A DNA stretch of 62,603 nucleotides, counting the filler, from Basidiobolus ranarum (taxonomy: Eukaryota), in assembly GCA_040143965.1 (NCBI GenBank). It is 10 parts of 10 records of this genome, joined end to end, with 100 filler letters (N's around TTAATTAATTAA, not from the genome) between each part and the next. Parts side by side here need not be neighbours in the genome. Positions count along the whole stretch, not along the records: positions 12,570 to 18,750 come from JASJQH010001386.1; positions 18,851 to 25,021 come from JASJQH010001387.1; positions 25,122 to 31,289 come from JASJQH010001388.1; 7 more parts are not named here. The stretch is one strand, 5' to 3'. The notes under the pieces were generated by a model. That model was given only the letters and a program-made list of their open reading frames with translations, ran no database searches and was not told where the DNA came from. Position numbers and translations under genes: made by a program. The first letter of the stretch is position 1. Each line of letters opens with the position of its first letter. Shown here piece by piece: positions 13,561-25,410 of the stretch.

Positions 13561-15061
13561 ACTTTCAAAGATAGACTTTCAATAACGGAAGGTTTAGTTG
13601 TTTCTCTCAATCATGTTAGCTTCACAAACATCTCTTGTTTGTAAAGTAAAAGCTTAAAACTGCTCGACTCAAGTCGGGTTTAGGTCACACCATCCTTTCT
13701 AGGTACTCGGTTACTGTTCTCAGCCCTCGATATGAGTTAAAATGCAAATACGAAGTCAGTATCTGCTTCGATCGTTGGGAAATTCAACCAACGGTGACAT
13801 ATAAAATATCTACCATTAAAGGAGATACTAACGGTGTAGACTCTTATGTTAGCCCTTGATGTTTTAGCTAAAGCAATTGGTGAAGAGAGAACAGGTATTT
13901 GACCTTCTTTTAAGTCAAAAAACTTTCTTATTTGACTCAGTATCAGTAGTAAATACAAGCTATATCACTTCACTCCGATATTTCGGGTATCAAATAACCA
14001 TATTTAGTAAACGCTCGAGCAGTGCGGGTTATTAGAGTCCTACATCGACAATGCTACCTTAGTCGAAACAGGTATCACGGTCATCAATGGCAAGTAATTA
14101 ACAAGAAAAACTCCCCATTAAGTAATAATGATGGTTAGGCTAAGATTTGGGCCCTATACTAATGATGCAACTCTAGTCGAAATAGGCAGTATGGGCGTCA
14201 ATGCCAAGTGATCGGAAAGAGAGCATTGTTGTCATATATAAACACTGGCCGCATAGTTTAAAGGGAAGTGTTAGCAGAGATTGGGTGACAGTGGGGATTG
14301 GAGTAACTGACGAAAGAAAACTATTTCTAATACAAAACCATCTTGTGGAAGCAACATTGAATCTAATATAATCCTATTGGTTTAATATGGAAATGTTTCA
14401 AAAGTACTTCGAATCAAGTTTACTGGTTATCTCAATTCTAATCAGGATGAGCAAAACACGCTTATTAATAGAGATCAATTTGAAACACTATAATTTCCTT
14501 CGAAAATCGCAACTAAATACAATTGGAATATGCACCGTCAGCAGTAGATCAATTGGTAGATTCGGATTTCAGATTCGAATATCCGGACATCTCCATTAGG
14601 GAACAATGGGTAGAGTGAAAGGTTCGAGTGTTGAGCCAAGAGTTAGGTAACGAGAGTGAGAATGGAAGAAAATTCAGTAGTATTGTCTCAGTCTCACGCC
14701 ATATATATCCGAACACTCAGGCCATTGATACGTCGGTTCTATCCCGCGTCTCGGCCGTTACTATTCAGCCCATTGATGATTTCTAGTGACGAAGGTCTAT
14801 AGCTGGGATTGGAATCCCGGTGTAACAACGATCTTTCATTTTCTAAAGAATATGGAGAAAACGCATAACCGGTAAAGATAACTAAGGCCACCGTATGTCA
14901 CAATCAACCAGTCATCAAACATTAGTAACACCTCATTATTTTTTACCAAATTACCTGATCCATTATGCAAGAATTATCGCTGCAATCAAGGATCCAGGTA
15001 TTTCAAATGCTTTACTCCCCAATAGCTCTGCATATAGACATTGTAACTTCGAGACTTGCCT

Positions 15062-15070
15062 GTATATAAG
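15062..15070 (+). promoter_or_regulatory. TATA box (GTATATAAG) upstream of the subtilase
   Basis: About 50 nt upstream of ATG 15116; the same 9-mer lies upstream of the GH20 copies. Confidence 0.5.
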
Positions 15071-15115
15071 TGCAATATTCGTTTGCTTACAACTGTAGTT
15101 TCTTCTCTCTTCGCC

Positions 15116-17626
15116 ATGCGCATTTATACACTTGTAGCTCTTCTCACTTACTTCTCAGTATTTAATGAGGCTGCACTTGTGACTTCTACTGATGTCAACC
15201 GCAATACGGATAGCAATGAAGCGTATATCATCGAGCTGGAGCATTTTCACGGCGATCCCGACGAAAATCTTCGCAAGCAAGAGAACTTCTTAGCAAGTCT
15301 CGAAGCGGTTGGTATACAGTATGACAAACGGGTCAGTTTTTCCAGCTTTTTCAACGCACTATCTTTGAATATTCCATCCAAGCATCTGGATCTATTGCAC
15401 AAGCTACCACAAGTCAAGGCGATTTGGCCAGTGCTAATCCACCAACAGCAAGCCCCAATACCATCAAAACTTCAGCATGGCCTTCCCTCAAATCTTATCG
15501 CAAATATTCATGCTGCAACCTCGGTTGATAAAGTACATAGCCAGCTGAATAATACTGGCTCTGGTATCAAAGTAGGGATCATCGACACCGGAATTGACTA
15601 TAACCATCCAGCATTAGGTGGTTGTTTTGGGCCCAAATGCCGGGTACGGTATGGATGGGACTTTCTCGGAGATAACTTTAACGAAGAAAATCCTAAATTG
15701 ATGCCTGATAGCGATCCTATGGATTGTAACGGTCACGGTACGCATGTGGCTGGAATTGTAGCCGCTAAGGACAAAGAATTTGTTGGAGTGGCACCCGATG
15801 CCATTCTTGGAGCTTATCGCGCTCTCAATTGTGAGGGACAAGGGCCAACAGATGCTATAATCCAGGCTGTAGAGATGGCCATCAAAGACAAGATGGACAT
15901 TATCAATTTATCACTAGGTTCCAACGTTCCATTTGCAGACGGTTTGAAGGCCAGGATTTTAAACCATGCTACTAGTCTGGGAATAATAGTCGTATCAGCT
16001 GCTGGGAATGAAGGTGAAAATGGTCTGTGGACTATTAACAGCCCATCCACAGGCTCAGATATCATCAGTGTCGCATCCTTTGAAAGTCCATCATACCTTG
16101 GTGGGAAAGCTGTATTAGATCAATTTCCAAAGCAAGAAATCGTCGTTATTCATGATGGCAGGTGGAAACTCTCCTTTTCAAAAACTCCGATTATTGATAT
16201 TGAGACTATCAGTGATTACTCCAAAATCAATGGGAAGATTGTCTTTTTGAACTTGAATACGACCATCGACCCTACTCAGTATCCCAGTTTAACAGAAGCC
16301 GGAGCGGTAGGGATTATTACCATATCTAATACTACGGAGCCAGATGTTCCAGATTCAACCTCTGTCGAAGTACCACTCATGAGTGTCGATGCAAAAAGTG
16401 CTACTTTCATTTTTTCGAAGATATCCAAAGGCAAACGGATAACTGTTTCAATCTTGGGTGAGAATCATCTGCATCCCAATCCTTACGCTAATAAGCCATC
16501 TTCTTTCAGCTCTTGGGGGCCTGATTATGAACTGAATGTGAAACCAGATATTGGCGCTCCAGGCGGAAATATCTACTCTACTTATCCTCTAGCTTCAGGA
16601 GGCTATGTATATATGAAAGGAACTTCTATGGCCACCCCGTATTTGGCTGGATCTAGCGCTCTTATTCTAAAGGCGCGTAAAGATGCTCAAATCGATTCTA
16701 GTGTAGATGTAGTTCGTGGCGTTATCATTTCATCCGGTGTACCAGCTTCTAGCGAGAATCAAACTACTCCGTATGCCCCAGTGGGTAAACAAGGGGCTGG
16801 ATTGATTAACGTTTGGAATGCAATTCATACAAATACCCTAGTGAGCCCCCAGAAGATTGCACTGAATGATACGATTAGGGAAAACCTAAATCACGTTCTC
16901 ACCATCACTAATACTGGTAGTAAGTCTATTGTCTATAACTTTACTCACCACTCTGCATTATCGGTGAATGATTATAATTCCAATGGGATTCCTTTGTTGG
17001 CGCAAAATTTTTTATCGTCGAAAGAATCTGCTCAGGTTAGCTTTGATCCTCAACAAATCACTTTAGAGCCGGGAAAGTCAAGTGAAGTTACGTTACAATT
17101 CGTACCACCCACTTTCAATGACACCTCACCATGGATCTATAGTGGATATATATTTGTATCTGGCTCCGATGACATTCCACCAAAGGTGATTCCATATATT
17201 GGCGCAGCAGGTGACATGGGTACACGCAAAGCAATCAATACATCTGGCCCCTACGCACCTAGATTAATTTATGATGGTCCTCACCCTCAAACGGCAAATA
17301 GTAGTATGGTTTTTAATTTCAAGAATGATACAGCCATAGTGAACATCCTACTGGTCAATCCAACCAAACATCTGACTGTCTATGTTGCCGACGAACAGAA
17401 AGATATGATTGGTCGGCTTAGTTTACAGCCAAATGTTGGACGCTCTCTCACTGAACTGGAAACATTAAACTTTACTGGAAGTGTGATTCTCGAGCAAGAG
17501 GGAATTCAACAGGTCGTAGCTGTTCCTGACGGAAAGTACCACATCGTTGTCGAAACGCAGACATGGTTCAATAACACTGAATCCGATAAATGGGTGTCGC
17601 CTTTGTTTGAAATCATCAAATCCTGA
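15116..17626 (+). CDS. Secreted subtilisin-like serine protease (S8A; I9 propeptide, PA insert, Fn3-like C-terminus; Vpr/Pr1C-type)
   Basis: Intronless. Signal peptide MRIYTLVALLTYFSVF. Catalytic motifs VGIIDTGIDY (Asp), GHGTHVAGIV (His), AAGNEG (oxyanion Asn) and KGTSMATP (Ser), plus KPDIGAPGG and KQGAGLIN. Confidence 0.95.
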   Translation: MRIYTLVALLTYFSVFNEAALVTSTDVNRNTDSNEAYIIELEHFHGDPDENLRKQENFLASLEAVGIQYDKRVSFSSFFNALSLNIPSKHLDLLHKLPQVKAIWPVLIHQQQAPIPSKLQHGLPSNLIANIHAATSVDKVHSQLNNTGSGIKVGIIDTGIDYNHPALGGCFGPKCRVRYGWDFLGDNFNEENPKLMPDSDPMDCNGHGTHVAGIVAAKDKEFVGVAPDAILGAYRALNCEGQGPTDAIIQAVEMAIKDKMDIINLSLGSNVPFADGLKARILNHATSLGIIVVSAAGNEGENGLWTINSPSTGSDIISVASFESPSYLGGKAVLDQFPKQEIVVIHDGRWKLSFSKTPIIDIETISDYSKINGKIVFLNLNTTIDPTQYPSLTEAGAVGIITISNTTEPDVPDSTSVEVPLMSVDAKSATFIFSKISKGKRITVSILGENHLHPNPYANKPSSFSSWGPDYELNVKPDIGAPGGNIYSTYPLASGGYVYMKGTSMATPYLAGSSALILKARKDAQIDSSVDVVRGVIISSGVPASSENQTTPYAPVGKQGAGLINVWNAIHTNTLVSPQKIALNDTIRENLNHVLTITNTGSKSIVYNFTHHSALSVNDYNSNGIPLLAQNFLSSKESAQVSFDPQQITLEPGKSSEVTLQFVPPTFNDTSPWIYSGYIFVSGSDDIPPKVIPYIGAAGDMGTRKAINTSGPYAPRLIYDGPHPQTANSSMVFNFKNDTAIVNILLVNPTKHLTVYVADEQKDMIGRLSLQPNVGRSLTELETLNFTGSVILEQEGIQQVVAVPDGKYHIVVETQTWFNNTESDKWVSPLFEIIKS

Positions 17627-18640
17627 TCATTCGGACCACTCTATTGGTCCAAATTGAGATTATTTTATTATATACATATACCAAGGATCAAATATTTACA
17701 AATGACATGCCCTCTATATTTAGAAATAAATATATGTGACCTTGAAACTCTTTGACAGGCCATTTTTCTGTTGTATTTAAGATCGCAATATACGACTCTA
17801 ACCAGTATTATGGACAATGAGTACAGTACATAGAATTAGCCTATCAAAAGCTTAACCTTCCATCTAGAGTATTGAAATGCTGTTTATGAATTCGGAAGTA
17901 TTAGTGCATTATACTTCTCACATTTGATAAAAACTCATCAAATTAAGGAGAGAAATCTTGAGGGTTCCACGGATATATATTAACTAATAATTTTAAGTAT
18001 CGAGTGGCAAGCTTCCCTATTCAATAAATATTATAGGTTTATCATTTCTGGTGGAGCATTATATACACTATCACCCAAATCTGATTCATTTTTTTGCATG
18101 CATTTTTTCAAATGATAATATCTTGTTATTTACTTCATGTTTTAACGTGCTATTTGTCACGCTACTTAAGCAGAGCTCAAACGATAGTTCTTTACGTTAT
18201 CAAGGTGATTCCATCAATCTTGGCTATATTATAGACACTTATATTCAGTGCAGTGAGTAAATCAGTTTTGAGCGCGACATGTTTTAACTCCAACATTATA
18301 CGATATCAGCTATATTTATGAATTCCTCACTATATAAGAGCCAAAACTTTAACATTATAGCTTTAGCCATAGTCATTACATGTTCCATATAAACCTTCCT
18401 GACTAGCAACAAGTAAATACCTCACAATCAATAAATGTCAGAAAAGAGTTTTCCAAAATTTCAGAAGTTCAATACATTAAGATTTTACACATTGACAACT
18501 ATTTTAACTTCAAATATATAAAGAGGATGCTGCTTTTCAGTCATCAAGGTGCTAAAAGTTCTTTTGAAGTATTTTTTCCCTCAACATCTTCATAATTTAC
18601 TAAATGCTGGTAAACAAAAATGTCTGGATCTGAAATAAAA

Positions 18641-18750
18641 CTGTTAAAGTATTTGGGAGCCTGTTGGAAGTGGTTTGGAGAATTAGAGGAATTGGTGGTT
18701 TTCACTTATTGATTTATTGAGTAGAAAGTTGACATTTATAGTTTTGTCAA
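18641..18750 (-). repeat. Interspersed repeat family, copy 2 (cut by contig end)
   Basis: Reverse complement of about 13453-13560; same orientation as and close match to 54958-55067. Confidence 0.85.
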
Positions 18751-18850
18751 NNNNNNNNNNNNNNNNNNNNNNNNNNNNNNNNNNNNNNNNNNNNTTAATT
18801 AATTAANNNNNNNNNNNNNNNNNNNNNNNNNNNNNNNNNNNNNNNNNNNN
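18751..18850. other. Artificial contig linker
   Basis: N44-TTAATTAATTAA-N44. Confidence 0.98.
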
Positions 18851-18867
18851 TTACTTTTCTCTCATAG

Positions 18868-21800
18868 CCCCCCGAAATGAAGGAACTAATTGATACATTA
18901 TCTACTTCTAACGACTCAGATCTAGCTAACACTCTCGAATCTATTAAGCATTGGCAATTTTCTCGAGGTGATTTGTATAACTGGGTCATTGTATTGGATA
19001 GGTTCGATCAAATCCTTGAAACAATATGTCAAGAGTATGATCTCAAGAAGATTCAACAGAAACCTTTTTCACAAAGCACTTTTACATTGCTTAAAGGAGT
19101 TCTACACCTTTCAAGATTACTCTTGGAGAATTGTACGAATAGAAATATTTATAATTCGTATGAGGTTTGTAAGTTTATCCAAGTACATCTCTATTTCTTG
19201 ATACTTACCCAGTTTTCTAAAGCATTTAAACAGCTTATTGCACACAAATGATTTAACTATTTTAGAATCAACTTTACGTTTGATGCTTCGACCCGCTCAA
19301 AGGCTAAGCAGTCAACGCTCTCTCAGAGCTAGTTTTTCAGTTACTCAAGATAGAATATTAACTTTTGCCCAAAGCTGGACAACGCAGGATTACGGTCTTG
19401 AGCTATTACAACTAAGCTCGAGCACAACTAAAATCCCAGATGATCTTACTCCATTGACTTTTCAATTCTACCGCTCTCTCAAAGGTCATAAAACTGATAA
19501 GGAAAACCAATCAGAACCACCAGTGACTCCTACACCACCTCATAGACAAAAGGAAGCTGATGGGTCCCCTCTTTCGGAGGGATTGGTCATTATCACAGTT
19601 CCCAATCCGGCTGGTATGCAGAAGAGTGATTTGGAACTTTTGGATGAACTAATCGAGCAGCACCAAGTTCCTTCGGATAAGACACTCTCACTTTATCACC
19701 GAATTCGCCTAGTGAGAGGGCTGAACGACCCTGATGAACGAAAGAAATTATTGAGAATTCGAATTCTAGCTATTTCTATTATGGCTCATTTAGTGACGGA
19801 GACTGTCGCTCAATCAAAATTCTTCCTCTACGAACCAGATGTCACTATACATTTAGCAGAGCTTCTTCATCCCGATCATGATGTGCCGTTTGACATCCAA
19901 ACTGTGGCATTGTTCGCCATTGATGCAATCGGACGTTATCGTTCTAGATTAACTGATGTTTTGACAGCCATGGGTGCTTCAACGAACCACGGCATTTTGA
20001 TGTATTTGCTACGTAAAGTTTCTACTAGTGTTGCTGCAGGCGAGACCTACTATCCTCAAGATTTTGTTGATGCCTTGCTCTCCTTAATTGGATATATCAT
20101 TACTACACAAAGCGGTGGAAATATGGTAATTACCGCTGGTATAATTCCTGTACTCCTCTCGATCCTTGATAGCCGAGAAACCCAACATATCAAAAGTGCT
20201 ACTCGAATTGTTGGCTTGTTGGATGGAATTGTGTACGGCTTTCCAAATTCTTTCACCACTTTCTGTGACGCCAATGGAATCACCATACTTGTGAATCGCA
20301 TACAAAGCGACGTTTCAAATTACATGGATGCCAATGAAGAGTCTGGACTTTCTTCCAATTCTGTTTTCATTCCTAATGAAAGAGCATCGTTTATCAAATC
20401 CATGTTGAAGTTCGTCTTACACATGATGCAGACTTCTGGCACCGCCGACGGTCTAAGGAATTTAGTAGATTCTGTTTTCCCACAATCTCTCAGACTTATA
20501 CTGGAGCATCCCAAGATATTTGGAAATAGTCTATTTAGTCTTGTTATCAATATCATGGCGACTTTCATTCATAATGAACCTACTTCCTTGCCAATTCTCC
20601 AAGAGGCTAAACTTCCTCAAACCTTCTTGGAGACAATCATGAAAGATATACCCAATTCTGCGGATGTTATTTCATCTATCCCTCATGCATTTGGTGCTAT
20701 ATGTCTTAATGAGACCGGGTTGGAGGCCTTCAAATCCTCTCAACATATCGAGCAATTTTTCAGTATTTTCACCTCTTTACAGCATTTGGACGCTTTACAA
20801 GATGGAGATGTTCCTGCCGTACTAGGTACTTCAATTGATGAGCTGATACGACATCACCCAAGTTTACAAGATGATGTGATGAGTTCTATAATCACAATGA
20901 TCAACAAAATAATTGAGATGGGAAAGAATATACCTAGGGATGGTAAAACAGTTGGTGATATTGGTCTTCATGTATCCCAGAGCAACACCCAACTTGAAGG
21001 AGAGGACAGCTTTCCTAAGAGCCATGATTCTGTAATGATCGACAGTGAAGTCAGCAAGTCAAATGGCAAAGAAGATAACATAGTCGTCAGTCTTATCGAG
21101 ATTGCAGCTAGGTTCCTCGAAGGACTTTTTCAGAACACATCTCATTGTAAAGAGTTTCTTAAGGTACAGGGAGTGGATGTCCTTTTGAAGTTCTACTCGT
21201 TGCCCATGATTCCCTACGATTTTCCCGCTTCATCAGCATCATACTCTTTGTCTCATCTCTTCCGAGTGATGAGTGAAGTGGATGCAGATGCCGTTGTAAC
21301 AGTTATATTGAATGAACTACACCAATCCCTGGAGGCATCTGATTCATTTTTAAAAGCAAATAACCATGGTGGAATAATTGTCAACTACTTGGATCTTCCT
21401 TATGCAGATCACAAAAAATTTGACGAAGCTACTCAAATCTTTCGCTCGTTGATTACTCTTCACGGTTTTGTTGGTTTATTGTCAGGTATCTACTGCACCC
21501 CCGTCTTTTCCCACAGCAAAAATGTTTCCACTATTATTGGTGCATTCACTACCGAAGTTGGAGACCAGGTAGTTTCGATGTTGGGAGAGCTCCACAGAAC
21601 TTGTGTCTGGGAAAACGTCATCTTTAACAATACTGTACCTAAGGAATGGTACACAAGTAAGAAAGAGCTTAAGAAAGACACTTCCGAGCATATCACCGAC
21701 ACTTTCAACGAAAAGGATCCCACGCAATCTAACGATACCTCTAAAAAGAACGCTGACAACAATGAATCTCCGGAGATCGATATTAGCATGTCTGAATGTC

Positions 21801-24800
21801 CAAAAGTTAAAAACACCAAGTGCTTGAAGTTCTTAGTATCAAAGATACCCACATGTCTTACACCGTTATTTCAAGGGTTATCTAAAATTCTCGTTACTCG
21901 TCGAGTAATGGAACCTGTTCAAAAGGAACTGGCAGTGAAATTGGCTAGTAGTATTGCTAGAATTGCAAAGGAACATCTCTCTTGGTCCCGAGTTTTACGT
22001 GAAAATGAATCATTCAAGACTGAGCAATTTGGTTACTTCACTTCTATGCTTAATTTGCTCTCTACCCTCTTCTTAGATGAACGCAATCAAACATGTCTCC
22101 AAGCTATGCTGGTTTTGGAGTTTGTGAAGACTGGAGGATTGGAGTGCGTATTCGACATTTTAAATAGATTGTGGGCCTCTTCAAAGGATATTCACGCTCA
22201 AATTACCGACAAAGAGGATCAATCTACTAATCAAAGTTTGACTCAAGTTAATGGGACAATCGAGGCTACGCTTAATCTTTTCCAGCTTTTATCTTCTGCT
22301 AAACTATTGCATGAATCCCCTCATCTGCTGAATATGATCTCCAAGGATTCCGACAAAAATTCCTTTGATCCGCATGAGTTTTTAGTGGACATTCGAAGCA
22401 AAATATTTCCAATTATTGTCGGCCTTTTACAGGACGATTATATTAAGCACTGCCCTTCGAGTGTTGTAAAGTCTACTTTGCAGAATATTATTCAAATATT
22501 AAAAGGAGAAGGAGAACGTGAGCGGGACGTCAAATCTACAGGATTCCCTAGAAGTTCTGGCTCAGGCTCTGTCTTCAATTCTCGACCGCTTGTACCTGAC
22601 GAGAATAGAATACAGCAATTGCTGGATATGGGATTCTCTCAAGGTGCCGCTGAAGTAGCCCTTACTAGATGTATGAACCATGTTGGACGTGCTGCCGAAT
22701 ATCTTCTTACTCATCCTGAAGCTGTTGCAATTCATTCATCCGAAGAAGCTTCAAACAGCAGAGATCTTACGAATTCTAATCCATCAAATACAGATATGCA
22801 TATTCTCGATTATGTTCCTGGATTAGAAGATATGCTTGTTTCTAGAAACTTGGGTACAGTTTCTTCGTCAACAAATGAAGAGGCTGTGAAGCAAGAGAAT
22901 GGAGAAACCTCAGTAATATCCGAGTCGGAAAGCGCCAAAGGAAAAGAAAACGAGCATTCTATTTACGAAGAATACAATGAAATTCGTTTAAGCATGAAAA
23001 CTGGTATTGTCTCTCGTAGTATAGGGCTTCTGCACGAATCGGAGGACATAGTTTTCGATGTACGTGACCTTCTTGTTCTCTTTCTTAAAGACGATCAGGA
23101 TGAGATTCTGAATGATGTAATTAATCACATCGTTGACTTTGATTCATCTAACTCAAATGATTCCGATAATCGTGTTATGAGCGTATACCTTCGTTTACTT
23201 GCGTTGCTTCTCAACGACGGATTGGTTCAATATAAGGCTCTAAAACATTCCGAACGGTATGTACCTATATTGATAAAAATGGTATCCGCACAAATCCATT
23301 TAGGATCAAGTTCCATTCCTTTGTGGGTGACTTCTGCATTGTTGGTTATTGAGGCTTGCATATCACTCGCTGATGAGCCTAAATCGGTTAAACTTGAGTT
23401 TGATACAGAGGATGGCAAATCTACCCACTCCGAATCTGCTACTTTAACTCCGGAAGTGTCTAACTCCGATCGAGAATTATTGATGGAGGGATGCTTGAAA
23501 CTGTTAGAATCTTCTACTTGTGAAAATGCCAATCACGCTATATTCAGAATTCTAGTTCGCCTTACTAGAGATCACACCTTTGCTATTAATCTTGTCAAAT
23601 CCGGTGAAGTGCCCCTACTTTTCTCCTCATACAAAGAGGGTACAGCTGGGTTCCAAGGCCAGCCAGCATATACTGTAGTCATATTAAGACATGCGATCGA
23701 GAGTGCTCAAGTTTTGAAATCAATAATGGAGCAAAAGATCGATGCATGGTTCACTCATCCTAGACCTCGTGTGGTTGATGTTAGCACTTTTGTTAGAAAT
23801 TTAGGACCAGTTGCTCTTAGAGACTCACAACAATTTATTGAAGCTGCTAAATCCATTTGCCGACTCTCAAAGTACGACCCTAAGGGCAGAAGTCCTCAAA
23901 TTACGTTGCATAAGAAGGCAGAGGAAAAAATTGAAACCAGTACTAACGAGAAGCAGGAATATAACGATTCCACAAATGAAGACGTAGACATGAACATCGA
24001 TCACAAGGAAGCTTTGTTATCCTTATCCAGTGTATCAGAGACTTTAATTCATTTTCTAATTGAAGAACTAATGTCTTTACGGTTCAGTTCTTCCAAGGAC
24101 AGTGTTGATTTAGGTGTTGCCATTGATATGAGTATTGATAAAGCCCCAGATAATGGTACAGCTGAAGCAACAAAAGAAAAGGGATGTCTACCAACTGAAG
24201 ATGATAAGACATTTGTGTATCGCTGCTTTTTACTTGAATGTCTTAACGAACTTCTCTCATCGTACCCGCAATGCCAGTCAGATGTCATGACCTACAATCG
24301 GGCTAAAAAACATCCCAAAGAGCCTCATACGCCACAAAAAGAAAGTCAAACTCCCCAAAAGTATCGTTCTAGCTTTTTGAATCACTTGTTGAATGATCTG
24401 TTGCCTTATAATGGTGTACACGATCCTCAAGAATATTTGGACATCGAAAGTCGAAAGCAACACAAGGAGGTTGCATTGACTATTTCCCTTATTACTACAC
24501 TTTGCACACAAGATGAGGTAGCTGACGACAAAGTGGCCCATAGCGATTTGTATCAGGTTAAAAAGTTTGTACTTGATGGGATTGTTCGCTCATTCAAAGA
24601 TGCCATAGTTTCCCCCAACCCTGCTGATATTAAATACGGCAGATTCTTAGCTTTGGCTGACCTATGCTTGAAAATCCTCTCTACCAAGTCGGCTCTTCCA
24701 AGTGTTTACAATAGATCTAATGAGGCTCAATCACCAGTAGCCAGAATTATGGTTGAAAAGAATTTCGTTACTCTTCTAACTAGTGCCTTGTCTGAAGTTG

Positions 24801-25021
24801 ATCTTAATTACCCTTCTTCTAAAGCACTTACAAGTGCTCTCTTGAGACCGTTAGAATTTTTATCTAAAGTCGCTATTAAAATGGGGAAAACTTCTGAATC
24901 TTCCAGTAAGCAGACTATCAGCGATGAAGAATACTACTCTTGCGACGATTTAGACACTGAAGAAAGTGAATCTGAAGAAGCACCCGATCTTTATCGAAAT
25001 TCTTCATTAGGCATGTTTGAG
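18868..25021 (+). CDS. TOM1: HECT E3 ubiquitin ligase Tom1/Ptr1/HUWE1, N-terminal about 2000 aa (partial at both ends; HECT domain outside contig)
   Basis: WQFSRGDLYNWVIVLDRFD and LLLENCTNRNIYNSYE|HLNSLL (intron 19165-19222), FIHNEPTSLPILQEAKLP (DUF908/DUF913-type regions), UBA domain (IQQLLDMGFSQGAAEVAL), VDLNYP and PDLYRNSSLGMFE. Confidence 0.93.
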
Positions 25022-25121
25022 NNNNNNNNNNNNNNNNNNNNNNNNNNNNNNNNNNNNNNNNNNNNTTAATTAATTAANNNNNNNNNNNNNNNNNNNNNNN
25101 NNNNNNNNNNNNNNNNNNNNN
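25022..25121. other. Artificial contig linker
   Basis: N44-TTAATTAATTAA-N44. Confidence 0.98.
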
Positions 25122-25410
25122 CGAACTCTGGGGGAGTGAGTACGGTAATGTGGGCTTCACCGCGTCCTTTGATGGTTAGAGGCAAGCTCGAGTTCAAGGC
25201 ATTAGAGAGTGGTGCTACATATTTGAAATCAAGATTCATTCCGAGCCAGTTGGCGAAGGGTTGACTACCAACGTGGGGGATGAAAGGAACACGCTTTCCA
25301 TCGGTAGCCTTCTTGCTTAATGAGAAGGTTTTACCCGAGGGGTTAGCGAAATTCTTGGCTTCGGAGGCAGCAACCAAGAGAGCAACAATGGTGAAGGATG
25401 TGAATTTCAT
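25122..25410 (-). CDS. Secreted protein, probable 2H phosphoesterase superfamily (first HxT motif); 3' end cut by contig end
   Basis: Signal peptide MKFTSFTIVALLVAASEA; ends at the gap with RGEAHITVLTPPEF, a hydrophobic-HxT-hydrophobic motif typical of 2H phosphoesterases. The second HxT is not visible. Confidence 0.65.

Noticed and set aside
20056-24541. Antisense and alternate-frame ORFs within TOM1 (likewise within the subtilase, GH20, F-box and SPF30 genes)
   Set aside because: Shadow ORFs of long coding exons with no independent protein features.
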